A stretch of DNA of 64,000 nucleotides, taken from Candidatus Scatomorpha stercorigallinarum (GTDB taxonomy: Bacteria > Bacillota > Clostridia > Oscillospirales > Oscillospiraceae). Under the pieces are notes generated by a model. The model searched no databases. It was not told the DNA's origin and saw nothing but the letters and a program-made list of their open reading frames with translations. The translations under genes and the position numbers were made by a program. Position 1 is the first letter of the stretch. Each line of letters opens with the position of its first letter. Location of the stretch: positions 11,355-75,354 of the forward strand of contig CALXGN010000006.1 of assembly GCA_944387865.1 (NCBI GenBank), written 5' to 3'. This document shows positions 10,613 to 18,861 of the stretch, one piece after another.

Positions 10613-11869
10613 TTTTCTTCTGTATCCCCGCCTCGGCGGCCTCTGCTGGCCGCCTTCGCGCGGCTGCTGCTCGCGGTTTTCGCGCGCCTCGCGATTTTCG
10701 CGCTGTTCGCGGCCCTCGCGGTTTTCGCGCGGCGGGCGCTGCTGCCTGTCGCGCGGCTTACCGCCCTGCCTGTCCGGGCGCTGGCCGTCGCCGCGGCGGG
10801 GCTTTTCCTGCCGCTGCTGTCCGCCGTCGCGCCTGGGCGCGGCCTCGCGGTCGCGGCGCGGCTTTTCAAAATGCCGCCGCTGTTCGCGGTGCGCGCCTTC
10901 GCGCTGGACGTTCACGCGCCGGCGCTCTTCGGCGGCGGGCGCGCCCTCCTGCTCGGGGATGGCCTCGGCGGCGGGGGCGGCGGACGTCTCCGCCGGCGCT
11001 TCCTCTGCCGGCCGGGTCTTGAGCAGATGCGGCAGCGGCTCGCCGGGCTTCGGACGGCCGCCGGGGATGGCGGCCACCTCGTCCGCCGAATAGGTCTTGA
11101 AAACGTCCTCGCCCTCGCCGTCGAGCCGCACCTTCACCGTGCGCCGCAGCAGGTTGACCTGCGTCACATTGCCGTAGCCGGCGGGCGTCTCCACAAAGGC
11201 GCCGTTTTTGGGCACAGTCTTGACCAGGTCCTCATAGGCCTCCTCCTCGTAGCGCAGGCAGCACATCAGCCGCCCGCAGGTGCCGGAGATCTTGGCCGGG
11301 TTGAGCGACATGGACTGCGTCTTGGCCATCTTGGTGGAGACGGGCTGGAAATCGTCCAGGAACTGGCTGCAGCAGAAGGGGCGGCCGCAGATGCCTATGC
11401 CGCCGAGCATCTTCGCCTCGTCGCGCACGCCGATCTGCCGCAGTTCGATGCGGTTGCGGAACACGCTTGCCAGGTCCTTCACCAGTTCGCGGAAGTCCAC
11501 GCGGCCGTCGCTGGTGAAAAAGAAGGTGGTCTTGCCGCCCTCAAAACTGCACTCGGCGCCCACGAGCTTCATTTCCAGCCCGTGCTCGGCTATCTTCTGG
11601 CGGCAGATGACCATCGCCTCCGCCTCACGCTGGCGGTTTATCTCCGCCACGCGCTTGTCGTTGTCCGTCGCCACGCGCACCACGGGCCGGATGGGGGGGA
11701 TGATCTTGTCGTCCGGGATGTAGTGGTTGCCGATCACGCAGGTGGCGTATTCAAGGCCCTTGGAGGTCTCTACGATGACGTCCTCGCCCGCCTCGACATG
11801 GTTGCCGTCCGGGTCGAAATAGTATGCTTTTCCGTTATTTTTGAACTTTACGCTGACAACTTCGGTCAA
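10610..11869 (-). CDS. ricT: RicT/YaaT (PSP1 domain) regulatory iron-sulfur protein with long R/E/Q/P-rich C-terminal tail
   Basis: PSP1 core with GICGRPFCC and GTCGRLMCCLRYE cysteine motifs. It overlaps holB by 4 nt, as in the holB-yaaT synteny. Confidence 0.85.
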   Translation of the reverse strand: MTEVVSVKFKNNGKAYYFDPDGNHVEAGEDVIVETSKGLEYATCVIGNHYIPDDKIIPPIRPVVRVATDNDKRVAEINRQREAEAMVICRQKIAEHGLEMKLVGAECSFEGGKTTFFFTSDGRVDFRELVKDLASVFRNRIELRQIGVRDEAKMLGGIGICGRPFCCSQFLDDFQPVSTKMAKTQSMSLNPAKISGTCGRLMCCLRYEEEAYEDLVKTVPKNGAFVETPAGYGNVTQVNLLRRTVKVRLDGEGEDVFKTYSADEVAAIPGGRPKPGEPLPHLLKTRPAEEAPAETSAAPAAEAIPEQEGAPAAEERRRVNVQREGAHREQRRHFEKPRRDREAAPRRDGGQQRQEKPRRGDGQRPDRQGGKPRDRQQRPPRENREGREQRENREARENREQQPREGGQQRPPRRGYRRK

Positions 11870-12681
11870 TTTTCTTTCCTCATTTCTTCCTGCGGCGCAT
11901 CGCCGCTGACGGAGACGAGCCCCATCACGTGTTTGACGCCGGTGTTAACGCCCAGCCACTGCGCGCAGCGGGAAAAGAGCGCGTCCAGCTCCACACAGCG
12001 CGCGGCGGGCGCGCCCAGCTCCCCGCGGCCGGCGAGCTCGTCGGCCAGGGCCTCGCGCGCGGTGCGGAACATGGCCAGGGCGGAGAGCGTGTCCATATTG
12101 CCGGCGGAGACGGACCAGCGCACCAGCTCGGAGCGCCGGCCGGAGAGCAGGGCGGAGAGCATCTCACGCGCGGCGGCGCGGGCGCTCCCGTCCTCCTCCG
12201 CGTCGGCGTTGATGCGCAAAAGCACGCAGCGCGAGCGCACCGTCACCAGCAGCAGCTCCGGGTTGGCGGCGCAGAGGATGAAGGCCGCGCTGTCGGGCGG
12301 CTCCTCCAGCAGCTTGAGCATGGCGTTCTGCGCGGACGCATTCATCGTGTCCGCGTCGTCGATGATATATACCTTTTTTGCCGCCTCGTTGGGCATCACC
12401 TGCGCGTCCGCGGAGATGTCCCGCACTTGGCCGACGGTGATGCCGCGCTTTTTCTTGCCCTCGGCGTCCTGCCCGGGGGCGATGGCGGCGATGTCCGGGT
12501 GGATGCCGGCCAGGCTCTTGCGGCAGGCCCGGCAGCGGCCGCAGGGGCGCTCGCCGGCGCCCTCGCAGATGATGGCGGCGGCCAGCCGGCGCGAAGCGCG
12601 CGTGCGCTCCGCGGCGGAGGGGGAGGCGACGATATAGGCGTGGGAAGCGTGTTCCCCCGGCCTGAGACTGATGTTTTCCAT
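11866..12681 (-). CDS. holB: DNA polymerase III delta-prime subunit
   Basis: HAYI...CGRCRACR zinc module and clamp-loader AAA+ fold motifs. The start is probably ATG 12681 (MENISL); the ORF is open back to 12717. Confidence 0.8.
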   Translation of the reverse strand: MENISLRPGEHASHAYIVASPSAAERTRASRRLAAAIICEGAGERPCGRCRACRKSLAGIHPDIAAIAPGQDAEGKKKRGITVGQVRDISADAQVMPNEAAKKVYIIDDADTMNASAQNAMLKLLEEPPDSAAFILCAANPELLLVTVRSRCVLLRINADAEEDGSARAAAREMLSALLSGRRSELVRWSVSAGNMDTLSALAMFRTAREALADELAGRGELGAPAARCVELDALFSRCAQWLGVNTGVKHVMGLVSVSGDAPQEEMRKEN

Positions 12682-12820
12682 AAACGGTATTTTACCTTTT
12701 TCCTTCCGGCGAGTCAAGAAAAACCCTGACTGAAGCGCCGCTGGAGGCGAGAAAACTCACTCAAAGCAGTTTAAAACAGGGACATCCAACAAAAAATCGC
12801 AAATTTGTCTGTTTTTTATC

Positions 12821-12849
12821 TTGTAAATCGCGTCAATGTATGCTAACTT
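12821..12849 (+). promoter_or_regulatory. Candidate promoter for the cooC-like operon
   Basis: TTGTAA, 17-nt spacer, TAACTT preceded by TGc, within an AT-rich intergenic region. Confidence 0.3.
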
Positions 12850-12898
12850 ATTATCAAGCAATCTGTGCACATTATCCTAATATCCAAGGGGGGATTTG

Positions 12899-13666
12899 AT
12901 GGGTGAGAGCAAGGCGAAGATCCTGGCGCTGGCCGGCAAGGGCGGCGTTGGGAAAACTTCGCTGGCAGCGGCCATCGTCCGCGTGCTGACGGAGGACCGC
13001 CCCGGCAGCCGTATCCTGGCCATCGACGCCGACCCCGCCGTGGGGCTCTCCACGGCCCTGGGCGTGACGGTGACGGGCTCGCTGGACGATATCCGCCGCG
13101 CCGTTATAAAGAGCGCGGAGGACGGCCGCCCGCGGGAGGCCATCGAGCTGCTCAACGAGTCGCGCTTCCGCATATTCGACACGATGGTGGAGACGAACGG
13201 CTTTTCGTTCCTGGCCATCGGCCGGCCGGAGAACGAGGGCTGCTACTGCAGCGTGAACGCCTATCTGAAAGAGGTCGTGGGCATGCTCGCCAACGACTTC
13301 GACTACGTTGTAATAGACGGAGAGGCGGGCATCGAGCAGATACAGCGCCGCGTGATGGAGAAGGTGAGCCACCTGATTTTAATTTCCGACCAGAGCCGCA
13401 AGGGGACCCACGTGGCGGAGACGATAAAGCAGGTGGCGGACGAGCTGGTGATGTACGACCGAATTGGCGCGATAATAAACCGCGTGACCAACCCGGAGCT
13501 GAACAGGTTCATCTCCATCGAGGGCGTGGAAATCCTGGCCTACATAGAAGCTGACGACCAGCAGGCGGCGAACGACATACAGGGCAAGAGCGTTTTCGGT
13601 CTTGCGGAAGGTTCCAAGGTGCTCTGCGGAGTGAGAGAAGCGCTCCGGAAGATAGATATCCTATGA
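12899..13666 (+). CDS. CooC-type (CODH/ACS nickel-insertion accessory) MinD/ParA-class ATPase
   Basis: Deviant Walker A GKGGVGKTS and the CxC metal-binding motif (EGCYCSVN) characteristic of CooC. SD GGGGGG lies 5 nt before the ATG. Confidence 0.75.
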   Translation: MGESKAKILALAGKGGVGKTSLAAAIVRVLTEDRPGSRILAIDADPAVGLSTALGVTVTGSLDDIRRAVIKSAEDGRPREAIELLNESRFRIFDTMVETNGFSFLAIGRPENEGCYCSVNAYLKEVVGMLANDFDYVVIDGEAGIEQIQRRVMEKVSHLILISDQSRKGTHVAETIKQVADELVMYDRIGAIINRVTNPELNRFISIEGVEILAYIEADDQQAANDIQGKSVFGLAEGSKVLCGVREALRKIDIL

Positions 13667-13687
13667 TTATGAGAGAGGTGTGGACAT

Positions 13688-14884
13688 TTGAAAGATCTTA
13701 AGCATCTGATCTACTTTGAGAGCCTGCTTGACAGCGCGCACAACGAGCTTGTGCGTCAGGCGAAGGAGGAGGGGCAGCTCGCCCTCGGCTTCACCTGCTA
13801 CCACATGCCCGAAGTGCTTCTCAATGTGGACAACTGCTTCTCGGTCAGGCTGCGCGCGCCGAACACCGGCAGTATCGACATAGCCTCGTACTACATGTCG
13901 AACTATACCTGCGAGTATTGCCGCGCCGTCGTCGAGAGGGCCATTGAGGGCGGCTACAACTTCCTGGACGGGCTCTGCGGCGTGGACGCCTGCGCGCAGA
14001 TGAACCGCTGCATGGAGAACATTGAGCTGCTCAAGTGCATCGACAAGCCGAATTTCTTCGTGACCCACGCGGACATACCCTACAAGTACACGGACTACAC
14101 GCTCGACCACTACGTGACGCAGATGCAGAACCGCGTGCTTAACACCATGCACGAGAAGTTGGGCGTCGACATCTCCGACGCCGCGCTGCGCGACTCCGTG
14201 GCGAGGCACAACGAGATCTGCAAGATCATAACCGAGCTCGGCGAGCTGCGCAAAAAGCCCAACCCGCCCATCACGGGCTATGAGTTCCACGTCATCAACA
14301 TGGTGAGCTTCTGCTGCCCGCAGCGGCTGATCCTGCCCTACCTGAAGGAGACGCTGACGGAGGTCAAAAAGCGCAAGCCGGATGCGAAGCCCTGGTACCG
14401 CTGCCGCGTCGGCATAGTCGGCTCCGAGGTGGACGACCCGAACCTCACCAGGATGCTCGAGGAGGCCGGGGCCTTCATCGTTTTCGACCGCTTCTGCTTC
14501 GGCGCGCTGCCCGGCCGCGAGGTCATCGAGCTGAACGACGAGGAGCCCGCCCTGAGGCAGATATGCCGGCACTACCTCCTCACCAGCGAGTGTCCCCGCT
14601 TCATGTCCAACGAAAAAATCGCCCAGCGGCGCGAGACTGCCGACCGCCTTGCCCGCGAGTACTCCGCGGACGGCATAATTTACGAGAACGTGAAGTTCTG
14701 CGACTTCTGGGGCTTCGAGCGCGCGCTTGCGAGCCACGTACAGCACGAGGAGTACGGCCACCCCGTGCTCACAATAGACCGCCCGTATAATGCCCGCACC
14801 TCCGGCCAGCTCCGCACTCGCTTCCAGGCGTTTGTCGAGTCGCTGGAGATCAAGCGCATACAGCAGGGGAAGGAGGTCAAATAA
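13688..14884 (+). CDS. 2-hydroxyacyl-CoA dehydratase family protein, small (HgdB/BcrC-like) subunit
   Basis: HGD-D family signatures: FTCYHMPE near the N-terminus, many conserved Cys, and a C-terminal VKFCDFW motif. TTG start with a GAGAGGTG SD. Confidence 0.75.
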   Translation: MKDLKHLIYFESLLDSAHNELVRQAKEEGQLALGFTCYHMPEVLLNVDNCFSVRLRAPNTGSIDIASYYMSNYTCEYCRAVVERAIEGGYNFLDGLCGVDACAQMNRCMENIELLKCIDKPNFFVTHADIPYKYTDYTLDHYVTQMQNRVLNTMHEKLGVDISDAALRDSVARHNEICKIITELGELRKKPNPPITGYEFHVINMVSFCCPQRLILPYLKETLTEVKKRKPDAKPWYRCRVGIVGSEVDDPNLTRMLEEAGAFIVFDRFCFGALPGREVIELNDEEPALRQICRHYLLTSECPRFMSNEKIAQRRETADRLAREYSADGIIYENVKFCDFWGFERALASHVQHEEYGHPVLTIDRPYNARTSGQLRTRFQAFVESLEIKRIQQGKEVK

Positions 14885-16633
14885 ATGCTCAAGGCGAACA
14901 TAAACTGGATCAAGAAAAACGCGAAGAGCGACCTGAAAATCTGGAAGGACCTCATCAGCGAGGTGGATTGGAAGGACTTCGCCGGTAAAATGAAGCACAA
15001 AGCCCAGCTGGACCGCGAGCGCATCGCCGACGAGGTGAAGAGCTTCGCCGCCCTGCCTCCCAAGGAGAAGTGGGACCGCGTTATAAACGGCGAGAGGCAG
15101 CTCGGGCGGCTTTATCAGAAGGGCGCGATAGCCTTTACCCGCCGCGAGTGGAAGGGCGTTGAGAGCACTGCCCGCGACTTCTACGGCTGGCTCATCATCT
15201 GGCGCGACATGATAAAGATGGTCATGCGCGACCCGCTGACCATTGCCCTCGGCCTCTTTGAATACCGCTGGTTCAGCTCCTATCTGGCCTGCCCGGCCTT
15301 CATAGACCGCAATACCCTCGGCTTCCGCGGCCGCGCCGTGACGATGAACCACCTGCTGATGGCGGACATCTACCGCTATACGGAGGACTGCATCGCCAAG
15401 CTGCTGATGGCCGACCGCCGCCTGGGCGGCAACGACAAGATAAACAACAAGATCATGCTTTTCGACGAGATGACCATGGCGCAGATGATGGCCGGCTTCC
15501 CGGGCCTCATCGGCCTGCCCTATCAGCTGATCCCCGTGTTCCTCGTCTCCGAGCTCGACCAGCTTATCTGCATCCCCTATATCGACGCCGTGGAGAGCTA
15601 CGGCCTGCCGGCGGACACCTGCCCGGTCCCGACCAGCGAAAGCGGCAGCGCCATTGTCGACGCCCTGCCTCACTGCGGGCTCGGCTTCATTTCGACCTCC
15701 ACGCCCTGTGACGGCTCCGACATGGCAACCAGCTTCCAGGAGCGCCGCCTGAAGAAACTCGGTATCCCCACCTTCCCGCTGACTCTCCCGGTGCGTTACG
15801 ACGACGAGGACACCGTTGAGTGCGGTGCGCAGGACATGTGGCACTGCATCAAGTGGGTGGAGGACATCACCGGCGAAAAGTGGGACTGGGACCACTACTT
15901 CGAGGTCATCCGCCGCTTCAACGAGCAGACGAAGATGGAGATGGAGAAGTGGGACATGAACTCCACCCCCTATCCGCAGCTGATCGGCCCCTGCTACGAG
16001 CTTTTCCGCAAGTGGAACTACGAGATGGACGGCGGCCTCAACCCCGACGTCATGAAGACCTTCTACAAGGTCCGCAAGCTGATGTACAAGTCCTACGAGC
16101 AGCGCTGCAACCCCTACCGCCACCCGATGAAGTACCGCGCGGTGGTCTGGAGCTGCCCGGCGCACTACTACGCGAACTTCTCCAACTGGCTGGCCAACGC
16201 CTGGGGCATCGGCGTCCTGGTGGAGATGGAGAGCCTGAACTTCACCAAGCAGCTTGAGACCGAGGACCACGAGGAAGCCATCCGCGACCTGGCCCGCCTG
16301 TACGAGCGCATGGTCATGCGCAAGCACACCAACGGCGGCTATGTCCACGTGCTGGACGAGCTGTGGAAGGTCTGCGAGCAGTTCAACGCAAACTTCATCA
16401 TCATGTACCAGCACGTCTGCTGCAAGACGATGGCGGGGCTGCAGGGCCTCTTCGACGAGCAGGCGCGCGAGCGCGGGCTGCACCTCATCTGGGTCGAGCA
16501 CGACCTGATGGATCCCCGCACCGTCTCCCGCCGCGATATGCGCGCCAAGGTCTCCAACTACATGCGCGCCATTATCCAGGCCGAGCCCACGGACGAGAGC
16601 CTGATAGAGTTCGAGGACGACATCACCTGGTAA
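14885..16633 (+). CDS. 2-hydroxyacyl-CoA dehydratase family protein, enlarged (582 aa) HgdA-like subunit
   Basis: Abuts the previous stop with no gap. Motifs DTCPVP, STPCDGS and HVCCKTMAG are typical of the family. It carries an N-terminal extension of roughly 100-150 aa. Confidence 0.7.
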   Translation: MLKANINWIKKNAKSDLKIWKDLISEVDWKDFAGKMKHKAQLDRERIADEVKSFAALPPKEKWDRVINGERQLGRLYQKGAIAFTRREWKGVESTARDFYGWLIIWRDMIKMVMRDPLTIALGLFEYRWFSSYLACPAFIDRNTLGFRGRAVTMNHLLMADIYRYTEDCIAKLLMADRRLGGNDKINNKIMLFDEMTMAQMMAGFPGLIGLPYQLIPVFLVSELDQLICIPYIDAVESYGLPADTCPVPTSESGSAIVDALPHCGLGFISTSTPCDGSDMATSFQERRLKKLGIPTFPLTLPVRYDDEDTVECGAQDMWHCIKWVEDITGEKWDWDHYFEVIRRFNEQTKMEMEKWDMNSTPYPQLIGPCYELFRKWNYEMDGGLNPDVMKTFYKVRKLMYKSYEQRCNPYRHPMKYRAVVWSCPAHYYANFSNWLANAWGIGVLVEMESLNFTKQLETEDHEEAIRDLARLYERMVMRKHTNGGYVHVLDELWKVCEQFNANFIIMYQHVCCKTMAGLQGLFDEQARERGLHLIWVEHDLMDPRTVSRRDMRAKVSNYMRAIIQAEPTDESLIEFEDDITW

Positions 16634-16692
16634 TACCCTTCGCTGGGCCACTTTGAATAAAAAATATTGAATCTAATGGGAGGAAATATATA

Positions 16693-17496
16693 ATGAAGTA
16701 CTTTGGAGGGTGCGACGTAGGCTCTACCTACACCAAGGCGGTCATCCTGGACGAGACCGGCAAGATGGTGGCCAATACCACGATACGCAGCAAGATAAAT
16801 TCCGAGCAGAGCGCCATCATGGCGATGAAGGAAGTCATCGACCAGGTGCCCGAGCTCAACAGCAGCGAGGACCTCGCCTACCTCATCGGCACGGGCTACG
16901 GCCGCAACAAGGTCCCCTTCGCGGATGAGAACATCTCCGAGATCAGCTGCCACGCCATGGGCGTGCACGTCACGGACCCCAATGTCCGCGCTATCATCGA
17001 CATCGGCGGCCAGGACGTCAAGGGCATCAGCATCGATACCGACGGCACCGTTAAGAACTTCGCCATGAACGACAAGTGCTCCGCCGGCACGGGCCGCTTC
17101 TTCGAGGCCATGGCCAACGCCTTCGAGCTCAGCCTGCCGGAATTCTCCAACCTCAGCCTGACGGCCAAGAACGTCATCCCCATCACCGCCCAGTGCACCG
17201 TTTTCGCCGAGAGCGAGGTCATCACCCTCGTCGGCGAGGGCAAGCCCACCGACGAGATCGCCGCGGGCATCGAGATGGCCGTCGCCAAACGCTGCTTCGT
17301 CATGGCGAAGAAGGCCGGCGCCACCGATTCCATCACCCTCACCGGCGGCTGCGCCAAGAACGAGGGCCTGAAGCAGGCCATCGAGCACGTCCTCAAGCTG
17401 AAGGTCATCAACCTCAAGACCGACCCGCAGCTGATGGGCGCCCTGGGCGCCGCCGAGTACGCCCGCCAGAAGGGCCTGGCCAAGGCCGCCAACTGA
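16693..17496 (+). CDS. HgdC-type ATP-dependent activase (archerase; BcrA/BcrD/BadF ATPase family)
   Basis: GGCDVGSTYTKAV phosphate-1 motif. Both bridging-cluster Cys contexts are present: NDKCSAGTGRF and AQCTVFAESEV. Confidence 0.85.
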   Translation: MKYFGGCDVGSTYTKAVILDETGKMVANTTIRSKINSEQSAIMAMKEVIDQVPELNSSEDLAYLIGTGYGRNKVPFADENISEISCHAMGVHVTDPNVRAIIDIGGQDVKGISIDTDGTVKNFAMNDKCSAGTGRFFEAMANAFELSLPEFSNLSLTAKNVIPITAQCTVFAESEVITLVGEGKPTDEIAAGIEMAVAKRCFVMAKKAGATDSITLTGGCAKNEGLKQAIEHVLKLKVINLKTDPQLMGALGAAEYARQKGLAKAAN

Positions 17497-17561
17497 CCGG
17501 CGAGGGCCGGGCGCGGCCCGGCGTGACCGCACACCCTGAGATGAAAGGAATGGTCAAATAA

Positions 17562-17738
17562 ATGAAGAAAGGCTGCAAGATCTGTAAGCTGTTCAAAACG
17601 CTGTTCGGTATCATGGCGGCTGTGGTGGGCGTGCTGTTCACCATATACATGCTCAACCTGGATATGAAGCTCGTCGGCTGGCTCTATACGGTGCTCAACA
17701 AGTTCCACGACCGCAAGGTCAGGGACGTGCAGTTCTGA
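17562..17738 (+). CDS. Unannotated 58-aa single-pass membrane peptide
   Basis: MKKGCKICKLFKTLFGIMAAVVGVLFTIYML... has one clear TM helix. SD GAAAGGA lies upstream, the stop is 1 nt before the next ATG, and third positions are GC-rich. It falls below the 60-aa cut-off of the ORF track. Confidence 0.5.
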   Translation: MKKGCKICKLFKTLFGIMAAVVGVLFTIYMLNLDMKLVGWLYTVLNKFHDRKVRDVQF

Positions 17739-17739
17739 T

Positions 17740-18468
17740 ATGGAGCTTTACGATCCCACAATCCGCGAGGTACTGGGCAGGCTTTCCGCCAACGGCCGCA
17801 GCTGGGATTACGACCCCTCCGCCGCCTGGCGCGACCTGGGGCAGAACGAGCTTGTCCTGGGGCGGGACGCCGCCTATGAGCTGGGCGGCGGCAGCAACCC
17901 CGCCGGCAACTTCACCTGCGTGACCACGGACGGCGCCCTGGTGGGCGCGGACCGGGTGACGCTCGTGGGCCCGGACATCGGCGAGATCCGCGCGGACTGC
18001 CCCTTCTGCCGCATCGCCCTGCTGCACGTGAACGACATCAGCGGCGACGACCAGGAGGCCTTCAGCGCCATCCGCAACATGGAGTTCGTCAAGTACCATG
18101 TGTTCCCGGAGGGATACATGATGCGTATTTCCCCGGAAAACCGCCGCGAGCAGGTGCGCGTTTCCAGGCGCGCGGTGAAGAAGGGCCTCAGCTTCCGCCA
18201 TATCGGCAACAGCTTTATCAAAAAGTACAAGGAGAACAGCCTTATCGACCACGCGCAGATCATTTTCGTCACCGGCGACAGGCAGCTCTGCCAGGAGCTC
18301 GCCGAAACGGCGAAAAAAGTGGACGCGATAACGCTGACGCTCAACCACATCATGGACGGCCTCGCCACCGACTGCAGCGTGTGTTCGTTCAAGCCCGTCT
18401 GCGACGAGGTGGAGGGCCTGAAGGAGCTGCACTTCAAAAAGGGCGAAAAGCCGATGGACGTCAAGTAA
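17740..18468 (+). CDS. Acetyl-CoA synthase (AcsB/CdhC) middle-domain homologue, truncated before the Ni-Ni site
   Basis: Blocks ELGGG, VTLVGPDIGEI, VRVSRRAVKKGLSFRHIGNSFIKKY, IIFVTGD and the terminal CSVCSFKPVC resemble ACS/CdhC as I recall those sequences. Not checked by computation. Confidence 0.6.
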   Translation: MELYDPTIREVLGRLSANGRSWDYDPSAAWRDLGQNELVLGRDAAYELGGGSNPAGNFTCVTTDGALVGADRVTLVGPDIGEIRADCPFCRIALLHVNDISGDDQEAFSAIRNMEFVKYHVFPEGYMMRISPENRREQVRVSRRAVKKGLSFRHIGNSFIKKYKENSLIDHAQIIFVTGDRQLCQELAETAKKVDAITLTLNHIMDGLATDCSVCSFKPVCDEVEGLKELHFKKGEKPMDVK

Positions 18469-18476
18469 AAAGAATA

Positions 18477-18506
18477 AGAAAGAGCGCCCCGCGGGGCGCT
18501 CTTTCT
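18477..18506. terminator. Shared (convergent) terminator hairpin
   Basis: agaaagagcgcc-ccgcgg-ggcgctctttct. The trail is T-rich on the minus strand and weaker on the plus strand. Confidence 0.45.
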
Positions 18507-18510
18507 GCGT

Positions 18511-18861
18511 TCATATGTCGTTTTCGCGGCTGTGCCTGGGGCAGTCGCGGCGGCAGGAGCCGCAGGGCCGCTGGCGGGGGCAGACCTCATAGTCCCCGCC
18601 GCCGATGACCAGCTCGCGGCCGGCGACGAGGCAGAGCGCGAGCTTGTGCCGCGCGGAGTTATAGATGGCCTGCACGGTGCTGCGGCTGATCTGCATCTGC
18701 GCCGCCGCCTCCTCCTGGGTCAGGCCCTCGAGGTCGATGAGGCGGATGCACTCATACTCGTCCACGGCCATGGCCAGGCGCTCGCCGGCCGCCGAGCGGG
18801 GGCCGAACTCCGTGTGCAGAGGCAGCTCGCAGACGCGCCGGCATTTCCGCGGCCGGGGCAT
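18511..18861 (-). CDS. DUF134 (UPF0251) putative DNA-binding protein with C-terminal Cys cluster
   Basis: N-terminal MPRPRKCRRVC signature, a sigma-70 region-4-like HTH (LTQEEAAAQMQISRSTV), and the tail CPRQRPCGSCRRDCP. Start trimmed to ATG 18861, which overlaps the upstream stop (TGATG). Confidence 0.75.
   Translation of the reverse strand: MPRPRKCRRVCELPLHTEFGPRSAAGERLAMAVDEYECIRLIDLEGLTQEEAAAQMQISRSTVQAIYNSARHKLALCLVAGRELVIGGGDYEVCPRQRPCGSCRRDCPRHSRENDI

Noticed and set aside
13667-16651. 994-aa minus-strand ORF covering the two dehydratase-like genes
   Set aside because: It is antisense to genes with clear family motifs and coupled starts. Its composition is rich in A, G, V, L, H and D and it has no recognisable domains.
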